Assembly: GCA_013239625.1 (NCBI GenBank)
Contig: MU053493.1
Coordinates: 753,793-817,792, forward strand
Direction: 5' to 3'
From: Lama guanicoe
Lineage: Eukaryota
DNA: 64,000 nt
The translations under genes were made by a program, and so were the position numbers. Shown piece by piece: positions 1 through 12,699 of this stretch. Under the pieces are notes generated by a model. That model did no database searches. It was not told where the DNA came from and saw nothing but the letters and a program-made list of their open reading frames with translations. Position 1 is the first letter of the stretch. Every line of letters begins with the position of its first letter.

Positions 1-1504
1 TCTATTTTATGATCTAATTTTTGTTTTAATCTTTCTTAATTATTTCTGTTTACTTGTGTGTTTGTGCATTTTGTGGTTTAAAATGTGCAGATTTGGATAT
101 CTATTTAATTATGTGATTTGTCTTTCTCAATATTGTGTTAGCATTTAACATTAGTCTTACTCTGAGCACAGATTCAGCACTATCCTAGCCTACATACAAA
201 TTTTCATTATATTATTCTATTCTGCTAACTGATTTTGAATTCACTCTTTCATCAAATTATTTTTGAGAGAGACACTTAAAAGTAATCTTCATGTGGCAAT
301 GGCTTATTGTATGGAAATCAGGTAATGTCACCTATACTACTAATTTCTCAATTTATTTGACAGTTTAATTGTGATCTAATAGAAAACCAATTACTTTTTG
401 TTATTTTGTTATGTTTTATTATTTTGTTAACTAGCTCGTGATCAACACTGGAATATGTGACATGCTATATATTTTCATGGCAAAAATTCTGACATGTATT
501 AATTTATTTTTTTGCACTAGTGCTGGGTTATTTTCCCAACACCCCTTTTCCCCTCCCGACTCCAACTTCACTTTGCACTTAAACTGTAGTTTAGTATCTG
601 CCAAATCCCCTATATGTTTACAAAAATGAAAAATGAAGCAGGATACTGGTGTCAATTATGAACTGAAAATGTCTCCTTTTAAATCACTGAAATTCAGTCA
701 ATGGGTTTGGTGACGTGGGAAAAAGTGGTTTTCCTATGTTAGAAAGGAGGAGTACAAGGTAAACCTTGCATACTTGTAAGTCTTTACATCCACCAAATTT
801 AGACACTTGAAGCATAAGATGATCAGACTTGCTCCATTCTTTGTGTGGTTAGAATCACACCCTCTGAAAGGGCCCAGGGGCTGAGTCCATGAACCGCCTG
901 GGGAAGCGGCCGGCAGAGACTCTGAACCACTCACAGAGATATCCTTTGTCTGGCTCGAGCTCTTTGTTCCTCACTGAAACAGAGGGGGCCAGCTGTCCTC
1001 ATGAGCAGGCCCGTGGGACACACTGCCTAGCCCTGGTGGTGGTGACATCCTTGCTATTTAACCTCTTTCTGAATGAGCTGATGAGGGAACAGGAAACCCC
1101 ATATTTTAAAATCTTATTTCCTAAGGTAGGCATCTGTCACAAAAAAATACATATTTTTTGTCATTTGCTAGATTTTTAGGAATTGAGTCGTTTTTTAGTT
1201 TTAATTGAATTTTTAGTTTTAACTGAATCATTTTTGCTGAAAAAAATTAATTGGTCTTTTTCAAATTATGAACATAAAGGTAATATTCCCACTTCCTACA
1301 AAAACAATCATGAAACAATTTTACCTTAACATAAGTTCCAAAGATTCCCAAAGAGAAAAACTTGGTGGAGTTTTAATTCTTGTGCAAGCTTTTCTCAAGG
1401 TCACAAATGCACGCAAGTCCTCCTTTTACATGCACTGTTCTAAAAATATCACCTATGTTTCAAGCTCTTTGTCCAGATTACATTTGAGCTCCACAAAAGC
1501 CTTG

Positions 1505-1620
1505 TAAAATAGGTAATGTTATACCCATTTCTCATGTAAAGAAACTGAGGTACAGGACATTGAAGTATCTTGCTCCAGACTGCATGGCCAGTAAGAAGCA
1601 GAGTCAGGATTCTAATTATC
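1505..1620 (-). mobile_element. MIR SINE fragment
   Basis: cccatttctcatgtaaagaaactgaggtacag...gcagagtcaggattc resembles the reverse-complement MIR core. Confidence 0.7.
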
Positions 1621-3587
1621 TTTTGTCATCCAAATCATTTTATCTTCTATTGATCCTTTCCCCACTGTATCTCCTGAATTTTGATTGTTTGGTTCAAGAT
1701 ACTATTTGAATAAAAATGAGGTATTTCACAATGTTAGGCAGTGTATATTAGGACAAACTTTTCAAGGATTCCTCACTCAGCTTAAAACGCCTTTGTTGAC
1801 AGCACAGCCACTACTCACAGCTCGTGTCTTGAGCCCCTGGCGTCAGTCAGTCTTTGAGAGTGTTCCATCTGGCCCTGTTCTTTGGTTGTTTGCTCATCTA
1901 AGCCCACTTTACCCTGCATGACTGGGGAAGACTGCGGGGGTGGAAACATGTTTGGATTTCATTTGGAATCACTCACCCTATGTGCCAGGAATAACCAGGC
2001 GGTTATCGCATCATGATAGAAAAATTATAGCAAGTACCTCATAGAGTGGTTCTGAGAATTAAATTAGAGCTTAGTACATGGTATAAACATATAAATGCCC
2101 TGTTTCTGCTGACAGTCAGGGCAGTATGAATCTCCTATGACACAGGACCCCAGTATAATTTCAGCTATCTTAGCCAGGAGAAGAGCATTCTGCAGTTGGT
2201 GTGCAGTGTTTCACACAGGTCCATTAAGCAAACTGTTAAAATTGTGCTACTCAACTCACATTATTTTTTTTCTTTCTCTGCATGTTCATTACTGAAAATA
2301 GGCCATTAAAACTGCCTACCAAGATTTTGTAGTTTTCTTTTCTTATCAGGTATTTATTTGCATATCTCATTATGTTCCTAAACAAAAAAATCAGAAGTTT
2401 TTCCTTCCTGGTAAATTATAATTTAATGTTTACATATCACCTTTATTTATCTCCACTAATATGTTTATCCTTAATGTGAACTCTTTCTAGATCAAAAGCC
2501 ACAGCACCTCTGTTTGATTAATTTTTCATCCTTTCCTTTTAATATGTCTGCATTCTTATATTATAGGTGTGATTTTAAACAGCTTATTGTTTCATCTGAA
2601 TTCAAGTCAAGACTGATATTCTTTGACTTTGGGTTTTTAAAGCACTTCCATTTAATGTAATTATGGTGTATCTGTGTTACAGACCCTCCAAATTCTGTTG
2701 TATTTAGCTTTTGTTATTTTCCATACTTCATTTTTTTATCTTTCCATTTTTTAATCTTTCCATTCTGATTACTTACAATATTTTTATTGTTCTATTTTAT
2801 CTTTTATAATTTAGCCACTTTTATGTTGAAAACTTTTGTCAAAAGCCTCTTCTGGAATGTATAGAGATAACGCAGAATACTGAATACAGAGAACTAAGTA
2901 TCTAATTCCTGGATTGTTCCATTACAAGAAAAATGAGACGATGGCTACACTGCACAAGAACACCCATTTCTGTATTGACAACAGCAGAGTGAGCTATTAA
3001 TGCCATCACAGGAATTCCTCGTGTCCTATTTTGTCAGTTCTTTAAGATCTGTGTCTGCCACATTTGTCCAGAGCCAGTCAAATAGCAATTTTCACTAGAC
3101 GCTAATCACTGAAGCCTGTGAAAGTGGCAGAAAGATTATTCACACACCTCATACTCACATAACAGCAAAGCCTATTAGCCCTTGACCTTCAGCTCCAACT
3201 CTGCATTTGTTTCATTACAATCACATTATATTATGGTGTATACCTTATATATATATTTTTTTAAATGGATAACTTTCATACACAATAATATGCATATATA
3301 TTATATATAATTCTTAAATATAGACTTCCAAATATAGTTTCACATCAAGCTAAACAAGATAAAAACATGTAAACATATGCACTTGGTTCTGGTCAAGGAA
3401 AACACAAAACCACAAGGCAACCACAAGTCAAAGAGTGCACTTGAAGGGGCAGGGGAAAGAACGGACGTGTAAACAACAGAGATGCGCAGATGCACCACAA
3501 GGCCCCACGAGGGTCCATTTCTTAAGGCTGCAGTAGCAAAAAGCTCCTTGTTCAGTTAAGACTTCTTTCTCCCTTCACCCTGTCACA

Positions 3588-3593
3588 TTTATT
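3588..3593 (-). terminator. Candidate polyadenylation signal (AATAAA) for MKRN3
   Basis: TTTATT on + strand about 300 nt downstream of the stop codon; usage cannot be shown from sequence. Confidence 0.35.
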
Positions 3594-3894
3594 CTTGAGG
3601 GACTTCAAAATGAGTGTGGAAATTCTGTAAACACTAGACTAGAACTGAGTCAATCCTGTTGAAAACAGAGATGACAAAATAAACCATAAACTGACATTCG
3701 TATTAATTTCACCAAACAATAACTTTAAGGACTTTTTGTTACTTTTTGACACAGTGAAACACCATAATCCAAAGGGAAAAGAAATGGGAATGAGCAAGAG
3801 AACAGAGATGGATGTTCTATAAAAATGGTTTCAACAGCCCCTGTGAGAGATGTGTCTATAAACAAAAACACAGGCAATAGCAGATGACAGAGCC

Positions 3895-5397
3895 TCAGCA
3901 CACCAGACAACATGCCACAGCATAATGCCACAGATTCAAATTGAAATGTTCTTCCAGCTCACAATGAAGCAAGTCCCACTGGTCCTCTGAGAAGGGGAGT
4001 TCATAAGCGCCCCGTGAAAGAAAACATTTACACAACGGATTGGCCAGCCAAAGCATGACAAGCTCTTTTTTAGTGCTTTTAAAGGGCATGGTGCCCTCTC
4101 CCACCTGCGGAGGCTCCAAAAATAGATCGTGGCCACTGCCAGATGCCTCAGCACCCTGCTCTTGAGGCTCCTCTCCCTGGTCCTCAGGCAGCTCATGCCT
4201 ATAAAAACAGGTCTCTTCAAACGGGCAGACCCTGCCTCGAGCAAAATACCTGCAGGTCTTGTCGCTCAGTGCCTCCGTGTACTGCTGAATAAGTCTCCGC
4301 TTCTCTCTCTCCTCCTCCACCCAGAACTCACTGGGAATGACAAAGGTGGAGACGACCCTGCACTGCGGGCAGGACTTGACGACCCTGAGCCCAAAATGTC
4401 TGGCACTCCTCCACCTGCGGATACACTTGAGACAGAAGGTGTGGTTGCAGCTGGACAGGATGCCAAAGCGGCAATCATTGGGGTTGGCTTTCTCATAGAC
4501 AACCTCCATGCAGATGCCACACACTTTGTCCGCACTGCGTTGCACCGCAAATGAGAGTTCCATATCCCTCTCGTGTGCTTCAATGCAGGCCGTTATATGC
4601 TCTGCCCTCTGGGCATCATCCACGGGGTGCAAGACCTGCAGCCCACACAATTCGCACATGTCTCCATGGAGATACATACAGTTCTCCCCACGAAAGCACT
4701 GACCCATGATAGCATCGGGGCAAAGCTCCTCCACCAGGCCCTCAGCAAACTGCTCCCTCTCAGTCACTAAGCTCTGTAGAGGAGCGCCAGAGACAGAAGG
4801 AATGCTGCGGCCCCGATAAGGTTGCCCGGGAACAAACTCAACAGCACCCTCCCAGCCTTCTGCACCTGATCCTCCGGCAGCTTCTAGGCCTGCATTGTCT
4901 GCCTCGGCTTCAAAGAAACCCCTTTCAGCAGCCGAGCCAATCAGAGGCAAGGAGCTTGAGGAAGCAGCAGGTGGGACTTCCGCCACTTCCTGAGGCAGGG
5001 GCTCCATGTGCGCAGCCATACTTGTGCCTTCACCTGCAGAGGTGTCAGGCTCACCGCCGTGGCCCTCCCTGGCCTCCTGCCGGCCTGAGATATCATGGGA
5101 GTATTGACAATTACCCCCCTTCTTGCATAGACCATGAAGATAATACCTGCAGACAACTTGCCTTGTCCAGCTGCCGCTGTCCCGTCCAGGCAGCCATCTG
5201 GGCACGGCCCCGCCCCCTAAGGCCTGGGCGGACGTCGGACGTGACGGGCGGAAGGGGGCTGGGCTATGAGGCCAAGTTTGCCGAGAGGCTGGGCGCACGG
5301 GGCAGGTGGGCATGGAGACACCCTCCCCTGCTGCCTCAGCACCCCTAGGGGCCCCAGCTGCCTCCGAGGGCTCAGAGGGAGCTGCAGGCTCTTCCAT
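3895..5397 (-). CDS. MKRN3: Makorin RING finger protein 3 (E3 ubiquitin ligase), intronless retrogene, 500 aa
   Basis: Single 500-codon ORF with strong Kozak (GCTGCCATGG). N-terminus [14 protein letters not shown] is MKRN3-type. Contains C3H finger [22 protein letters not shown]2-like [13 protein letters not shown], second C3[20 protein letters not shown], makorin Cys-His motif, C3HC4 [22 protein letters not shown]-terminal C3H, and an MKRN3-like tail [17 protein letters not shown]. No introns. Confidence 0.96.
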   Translation of the reverse strand: MEEPAAPSEPSEAAGAPRGAEAAGEGVSMPTCPVRPASRQTWPHSPAPFRPSRPTSAQALGGGAVPRWLPGRDSGSWTRQVVCRYYLHGLCKKGGNCQYSHDISGRQEAREGHGGEPDTSAGEGTSMAAHMEPLPQEVAEVPPAASSSSLPLIGSAAERGFFEAEADNAGLEAAGGSGAEGWEGAVEFVPGQPYRGRSIPSVSGAPLQSLVTEREQFAEGLVEELCPDAIMGQCFRGENCMYLHGDMCELCGLQVLHPVDDAQRAEHITACIEAHERDMELSFAVQRSADKVCGICMEVVYEKANPNDCRFGILSSCNHTFCLKCIRRWRSARHFGLRVVKSCPQCRVVSTFVIPSEFWVEEEREKRRLIQQYTEALSDKTCRYFARGRVCPFEETCFYRHELPEDQGEEPQEQGAEASGSGHDLFLEPPQVGEGTMPFKSTKKELVMLWLANPLCKCFLSRGAYELPFSEDQWDLLHCELEEHFNLNLWHYAVACCLVC

Positions 5398-5760
5398 GGC
5401 AGCTTCTTTGCCCCCAGATGGTACCGGAACTTCCCCGGTGTCTCTTCCTTTCGGGCTTGAGGCCCGGAGGCCGGCAGCCAGCTCGGGGTCTCCTCCCTAG
5501 GAGTTGTGCATCTTTTTTCTCGTTCCCCCCCTCTCTCCTTCCTGTATCTGTGTTCCTATTTCCTCTTCTGGGCAGGCGCGCGACGGACACTTCCTGTGGA
5601 GGCAACATGGGTCCTTCACCAGGTCTGCACGGTCGGTCCGTTCGCAACAATGCTCGGCTGCCTCCTTTGTTCGCCGCCGGCCGCGCTGCCCGCCTTCCGC
5701 TCCGGCGCTGCGCCAGCTCGATCGCACGCGGCTCCGCGCTCGTCCGCTTCTCTTCGGAGG
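5180..5760 (-). promoter_or_regulatory. MKRN3: MKRN3 CpG island / promoter and 5'UTR
   Basis: GC- and CpG-dense block over the ATG and about 360 bp upstream, in an AT-rich background. ETS-like CACTTCCTGT at ~5588 and a GCGCGCG run at ~5576. Confidence 0.85.
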
Positions 5761-5983
5761 AAGGAAATCACAACTTTTTGAGGTTTTAATTCAATCTGTT
5801 CCAGTGTTGCTCCAGACACATTGATTGGATTGCTCTTGCATCCGTTTCTATTCAAAACATCAGCATCCTTGTCTTTTTGCTGTTTCGCCGTGTATTTGAA
5901 TTCATCTTGTGTCTGAAACATGTCACCCGTGAATTTTGTACATTCTTTTCTGTTCACTCCGTTTTGTGTTTGTATGGGTCTTC

Positions 5984-6004
5984 TTTTTTTTTTTTTTTTT
6001 TTTT
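5984..6004. repeat. Poly(T) tract, T21
   Basis: Direct read. Confidence 0.95.
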
Positions 6005-6449
6005 ACTGCTGAAGGCCTTTTTTTCATTTAGCTGTGTTGACAAGACCTGATTTTTCTGCTCTTTGTTTTCGGGAAATTCTTAACAGGCTTAGGTTGGAAA
6101 CGGTTTTTGCCAGTGAGGCATTAGCAGGGAGTGCTTGTGATCTGAGGCCACTTTAGCGCGTTTCAGCTGTCTTAGGTTATTGTGATTTCTAACTCTCCCA
6201 CTGTGCAGAAGCCGCAGGCTTCGTCAGGTCCTGATGCTGGCTTAACAAGCCGCTGTCCCCTTTATGACCCTGGCTTTTATTTTCTCTAGTTGATCTAACT
6301 CAGAGTGGCCCTTTGTTTCCCTTTCTTTCTTCCCTTCACCCAGTTGTGTGCAGTGTTAATGCGGGCCTGCCTTTCATAATGTATTTTCTATCCTTCGGCC
6401 CATAAGTTGTGATTTTTTATTTTTTACATTTGCAGATGCATTTTATTAG

Positions 6450-7560
6450 ATTAGTAAACAAAATTATATATCTATGTTAAGAATACTTAGGAATGTATAG
6501 GGAATTTTATCATGTGGTTTTCTGCATTTGTTGAGAGATAATCATGTTTTTTTTTCACTTTATTCTGTTATTGTGATTATTTGCACTGATAGATTTTCAA
6601 ATATTTAATTTACCATTTTTCCTAGATTGTTTCTGAGAAGAAACCTTTCTGTGATATGGTTTAATCATTTTATATATTATTGGATTTTGTTTGCTAAAAC
6701 AAGTTTCTTAGGTGGAATGTTATGGTCTAAATTTATAATTTAAAATGGGAGAAAGCCTGACATGGAAATTAGATTGAAGCAAATAATAAAGATACAAATT
6801 TAATTAAAGAAAAACAAATATGAAGTAGTGGGAATTAATCAAACAAAATCCTTTGAGAGGGTTATTGAAACTGATACATTTTGAATGAAATTTATCAAGA
6901 AAAAATGAAGGAGGCTCCAATAACCAAGATCAGAAATTTTAAAAGTGGCATTAATAGGATACATTAAAAATCACAAAAGGATAATCTGAAACAAACTTAT
7001 GCCATTAGATTTTAAAATTTATGTGAGATGGTAGTATTTCTGAAACATATTTACTGATAAAAAAGACAAGACCCCAAATAAGAAACATAAATATTGATCT
7101 GTTAGATAAATCAGATCTCTAATTAAAAATAATTCCCTAAACAAAAGCCTTTAAATCTTTCCACCTGAAATAAATAGAAAGGCAAAAAGGTCTGTATTTA
7201 CTACTAGTCAGTACAATAAAGCAAGCAAGGAAATAAAAGATGTTAGAATTGCAAAGGAATTATTAATGGAAGAGAGCAGAAAATTAAGAATAATTTACTG
7301 GTAAACTATTAGACTTAAGTACATTTAGCAGGGACATCAGATAGGAGTGCATTGTAAAATCATTTGTATGTACATATATAATCAATGACACTTAAGCATT
7401 TAAATTCATAATATTCATAACAACATTTAAAACTTCCTAGAAGTTAAACTAATTAGAGTTGTAAAAATTAAAGTCATTTTATTTCTGAAAACTCAGAGAA
7501 ATTGAGGGATTCTCTGATCATTCAGTAGAAGGTTCCATATTTGCAGAAGGTAAACTTTTC
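6450..7560. mobile_element. Ancient L1M ORF2 remnants (antisense piece ~6450-6700, sense piece ~6750-7560)
   Basis: Degenerate L1 ORF2-like motifs (ttttctgcatttgttgagagataatcatg; A-rich sense segment). Confidence 0.5.
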
Positions 7561-7896
7561 CTGCTTTAATAAATCATGTAAGAATGTTGCTGATTTTCCA
7601 TTGTGAATATAGGAAATCTTGGTGATTTTATGTTTTCTTTCTTTAGAGAGTTATTGAGTTTTGTATTTTGGCTGCCAGTTTTTGCAAAGTTTGGCTCACT
7701 TACATTTTTTCCCTTCTAAATGAATTAGTTAATGAATATTCCTTTGACAGCCCCAAAGATTTTTTACAGGAAAAGATTTGGAGCATAGATACTGGGCTTT
7801 TATACCAGGCTCTCCACAGATTCAAAAACATAAAAATCCTGAATGTAAATCTACTATTTGTTTAATGGTAATTTGTTCTCAGTGCTTTTTATAGAC

Positions 7897-8028
7897 CAGC
7901 ACTGTCCAATAGAATGTTCCATGATGGTTTTATATATATGCTGTCCAGCACAGGAGCCATTAACTCACACAGATCTTGAGTCTGTGAAATGTGACTGAGT
8001 AGCTAGTATCTACTGTATCGGACAGTGA
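7897..8028. mobile_element. MER3-like hAT-Charlie non-autonomous DNA transposon, internally deleted
   Basis: Starts cagcactgtccaatagaa and ends tactgtatcggacagtg (terminal inverted repeats); interior resembles MER3. Confidence 0.65.
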
Positions 8029-9014
8029 AGTTGTAGTTAGTATTTGGCCATCCTGTTTCCTAAATATGAAGAGATGAAGAAAAATAATATTTCTTAACCT
8101 GCCCAGATAATGCAGGTGGCATGGGACAATGTTTGCCTTCAAATCCCCACCTGTGTGGGTCCCCTCTGTGTTTGTGCCTGACCGTTTCACAGTGAACTGC
8201 ACTTTCTAGTTTTATAGTGACAATATTCCATCTGACCTATTAGAAACTAAAATTGTACCCCATGATTTTAAATATCACCTGGGACTGAATAACTGGAAAT
8301 ATTAGACAGTGCATCTTGAAAGACGTAATCAGATATTTCCCATCCCAGTCCAATCTCTATTCTCAGAGAATTTTCTCTGTCATAGTCCAAATTCCTATCC
8401 TGTTTTTTTTCTTTTTAATGTGAGCACTGATGTTGCTCTCACACAGTTTCTGAGAATAAGCATCTGATCATATCCCCATTTATTTGACTCAGCTAAGTCC
8501 TCTTCCCCCACCAAAAAAAACACAAAAAAAACAAAAAACAAAAAACACCAAGAACCTCTGGTCCTGGGACCTGGCTGAGGCCAGTTTGTGTACACAGCAG
8601 TCTGCAGGGCAGCAGATCTCCTGGCTGGTCAGCATTTGGGTGTCTGAGTGGAACAGATGCAAATGACGTTCCACTGGGCTGTGAGCGCCTGGTCACCAGG
8701 GAGCAGGCTGACGGGGGTTGAGGGGTTGCAGCCCTTCAGGGCTGAGGCACAGTCCAGGCAGCATAACTAAAGCCCAAGGGGCAGGAGGCTAGTTCTGAAC
8801 TGGACTGTGGTGATGAGTGGAAAAGTATCAGAACCCCACAGTCTTTTATCCCAAACATCTCAGGTCTGCTGGGACCAGCCCTACATGGCTAATAGGTCCA
8901 TATTTAAAGGACACACTTTGTCTCAAAGCAGTTTCCTCCAGCACACACACCTCCCTGAGGGCCACTGTTTAGGCATTCCCGTGGAGCCAGGGGAAGGGAG
9001 ATTAAAAGCTATTG

Positions 9015-9200
9015 TCCAGAATCAGGCATCAGGGGTTCAAATCCAGAATCCACCACTCTCTGAGGAATTTATCTTAGGCAAATCATTCATGTTCTTTTAT
9101 CTCATTTGGCAAACAGTAACAGCAACAATAATATGAGTGATATGCTCACAGGTTTGTTGTATTAAATGAAATAATTCTCACAAAATTATCAATCAGTGCA
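9015..9200 (+). mobile_element. MIR SINE fragment
   Basis: ggggttcaaatccag...cttaggcaaatca...attaaatgaaataat matches the MIR B-box/core pattern. Confidence 0.6.
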
Positions 9201-10049
9201 ATACAGTTGCACAGTTACAAAGAAAACATTCTTTGAGATTGTGTCTTTTGTATTTTAGAATCACCCCCAAAATACCGTCCCTAAAGTCTCTAGCCATGTC
9301 AATCTCCATTTTCTACTGTCTGGATACAGCAGTAATATACCTCTAGCATCCCTGGAAGTTCCTGGCACATAAGAGTTAGTGAATAAGTACTTTCTCATCC
9401 TGATGGACAAACTGATTTTTATTTTGAAACTTACAGAGGCAGTTTTCTCCAACTCTGGTTCAAAAGTCCAAACTCACCAAATGACATACATTAATTAGGT
9501 GCAGATTTTGCATATCAGTTATATTCAGTAGAGCTATTAAAATAACAAGTTGGTTTGAAGCCAGGCAAAATTAAATATATTACCAAAAAGACAAGTTCAG
9601 TTGTAGGTACTTCGTGCAGCACTTTTGGTCCTCACATCACTCGTAATTGCACAGGATTCTGCAGGGGACAGGACTCCTCCAGTTTATCCTGGGAGAGGAT
9701 GGGCTGTTTTAAGGAATCCGCATTTGGTCATTAGACAACAAGAAAGTTACTCAGAAGTGCCTTTCTAATTCCATATTTTAATATGGATAATAAAAGGTAT
9801 AAATTATCCTAAAGCCAATCAAATGTAGTATCAGAAAAACTTCTGTGATTATGAAAATGACGATTGAATTACCTATATTGTAATCAAAGACTGAAAATTT
9901 CAGGAAATATTCAGAATGCTCTTCTATAAGTGCTAAGAATTCAGCTATGTGTATAAGTGCAGTGTAGTTAACAGAATTTTTTCACATTCATATTCATTTA
10001 TTTTACAGACCTAAAACATGCTAAAATTTTAACCTCTGGCCATAACTCA

Positions 10050-11870
10050 GATTAAATAGATTGTATAAGGCTGATATTTCCATCCAGAACAATCACAGAA
10101 ACTGGATAAATATCAGAAGTAAATACATGTAAGACTTACAAAATAGCTAACATGGTGAGAGTTCAAGGGACAAAATCTGAGCACATCAAATAACCAAAAT
10201 AACCCTTGTGTTATAGCATAAATCACAAATAAAATAAGGAAATATTTCTCCTGCATGTTTGTGAAAATATGACATATGAAAACATTTGGGATGCACCCAC
10301 AGCCATGCATAGAGGCAAAATGTGTGGCCTTAAATGCATTTATAAGGCAGGAATAAAAAGATGAAGACAGAGATGAGTGGGGGGAATGTCACATAATAAT
10401 GTTGGATCCTACTGTCTCCTCCCCTTTAGAAAGAGGACATAGGTACTATGCTGTATATACACTCAGACCTGCATGCTGTGGCCACGGGGAAAATGGACAG
10501 AATTAATCAAATGTTGGTTCCTTGGAGAAGGAGTGCTATTTATATTTCAAAGTGAAAAAGTACTCATATATTTTCCCATTGTCTTTGCCCTATGCCTTTC
10601 CCCCTCCAAAACATTGAGGCAGTCGTTAAAGGGAACTGTGAACACTCATACCCACTGACCAGAAGTAAACCAGGAAGGGCATTAATGTCTCTGGCCACTA
10701 GAAGTCTGGGATGTAACTGATTGAATAAGCAGAGGGGGAAAAATCCAGCAATGGTATATATTTTGATATTCAATTAATAGTACTGACCTAATTGATGTAT
10801 GTAAAAACATTTCACTCACCAAATGTAGTTCTGTGCAATTTACACATCAGACACTTATGACCGTTTACAACATATTGGGCATAAGATGCCTTGGTAATTT
10901 CAAAGGATTGAAGCAATTCAGAATATAGTCTCGGACCCCAGGCTGAAACTGAGCCAGGAATCAATAACAAACATGATTAGAAAAATGATTTCTGTATGGG
11001 GATATTCATAAGTATATTTCTAAGTAACCCATGGGTCAGTGAAAAAAATCATAAGGTGAATCAGAAAATACTATGATTGGATTAGTAATGAAGTGCTTAT
11101 ATAAGTTTATGTGTTGGATAGAAAGCAGTGCTTCTTGGGTAAAACTTTATAGATGGAAATGAATATATAAGGAAATGAGAAAATCTTATTTCTGATACAA
11201 TCACTAAATGCAGGTGATTATAGGTGTACAATGCATTATAATACTGACAATAAATTTAACCAAAAGAAAATATAGAGGGAAATTACAAAAATTAGAACAG
11301 AAGCTAATATAGGAAAGCAAACATACAAGAAGGGAAATAGTACGAGGTTGATTCCTTAATAGGATTAATAAGGCAGATAAACCTCTGGTGTGCTTCACTG
11401 AGGAAAAACAAAATGAGCATTGCTCAACTAACCAATATCAAGAGTGAAAAACACAGGAGTGACATCTCTACTGTTCATATATATTTTAAAGAGATCATAA
11501 TATATCATGAACAAATTAGGCTATTAAATATGAAAATGTAGTTGAAATGTTCAGCTTAGAAAACACAAATTATCATAAATAAAATGGAAGTAAATGGGAA
11601 ATACGAATAGCCTTTTATCTGTTAAAAATTAATTATAATTAAAAACCTTCTTTAAAGTAAAACTTCAAGCCCAGATATATTCACAGTAAATTGTACGAAG
11701 TGTGTCAGGAGGATCATTACAGACCCACGTTGCTCACAAACTTTGATGCAAATGAAAGGGAAATTGAAAAATGAAGTTCATCAATTTATAAAAGGATAAT
11801 ATATAAAACAAAGAGGGGTCAATTCTTGTGATTTAAGGTAATGTCAATATTTGAAAATTGGTTGAAAAAA
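10050..11870 (+). mobile_element. Ancient L1M ORF2 remnants
   Basis: A-rich degenerate ORF2-like sequence, e.g. aaaaaccttc..aaaacttcaagcccagat..ttcacagtaaatt. Confidence 0.5.
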
Positions 11871-11874
11871 ACAA

Positions 11875-12220
11875 CGAACTTATGTATACAGAGAACAGAT
11901 TGGTGATTGTCAGCGGAGGTTAGGGGTGAAGTGGGTGAAGGGGGTCAAAAAGTACAAACTTCCAGTTATAAAATAAATAAGTTTAGGGATGTAATGTATA
12001 GCAGGTGATTTTAGTTAATAAAACTGTAGTGTGTATTTGAAAGTCATTTAAAGAATAGAGCTTTAAATTCTCATCACACGAAAAAAAATGTAACTGTGGT
12101 AATGGATGTCAACTAGACATATTGTGATGATCATTTAAAAATATGTACAAATATCAAATTATTTGATGGTACACCTGAAACTCATATAATGGTATATGTC
12201 AGATATAACTCAGTAAAAAT
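11875..12220 (+). mobile_element. L1MA-type 3' UTR
   Basis: acagagaacagattggtgattgtcag...gtacaaacttccagttataaaataaataag...tacacctgaaact, typical of L1MA 3' ends. Confidence 0.7.
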
Positions 12221-12699
12221 ATAAATGAAAGAGGCAATTCACAGACACATACACAACATACACACACACAAAGGTGTTTCTCAGAACACTAATTGCAAAC
12301 TGCAGTCATGTTTTATTAGTGAAATAAATGTATATCCATTCTGCTAAGCACACAGAGAATTTTTTAAGAACACTTGTAATAAAGGTGTTTCTAAGATGCT
12401 TCGTGCATGCTACATTGAGAATAGTGTTATATAAGTAAATGTAAGTTATACCCATTCTGAAATGCATATAGAGAAGTGTTTGAGGACACTTGTCTAAAGG
12501 TGTTTCAAAGAATGATGAAAAGAAACAATAAATTAATGTGAATAACCACATTAAAATATTAAAGGAGAAAATAATAAACTGTCAAAAATCCAGATTTTTA
12601 ATGTTAAAATGATACACATCCATGATAAACCTCTTAGGACACTAGGAATAAAAATAATAATAATTTCCCTGATCAATGTGTCAGTTTCTGGTGTATGTT

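Noticed and set aside
5411..5424. CTCF-like CCCCCAGATGGTAC in the MKRN3 5'UTR
   Set aside because: Mismatch at the conserved C of GGC; too weak without ChIP data.
4129..5824. Antisense and alternative-frame ORFs overlapping MKRN3 and its CpG island
   Set aside because: Expected in GC-rich, stop-poor sequence and no recognisable domains. An antisense transcript cannot be shown from sequence alone.
5616..5957. 113-aa ORF upstream of MKRN3
   Set aside because: Non-ATG start and no recognisable family; the DNA resembles a degenerate L1 remnant running into the CpG island.
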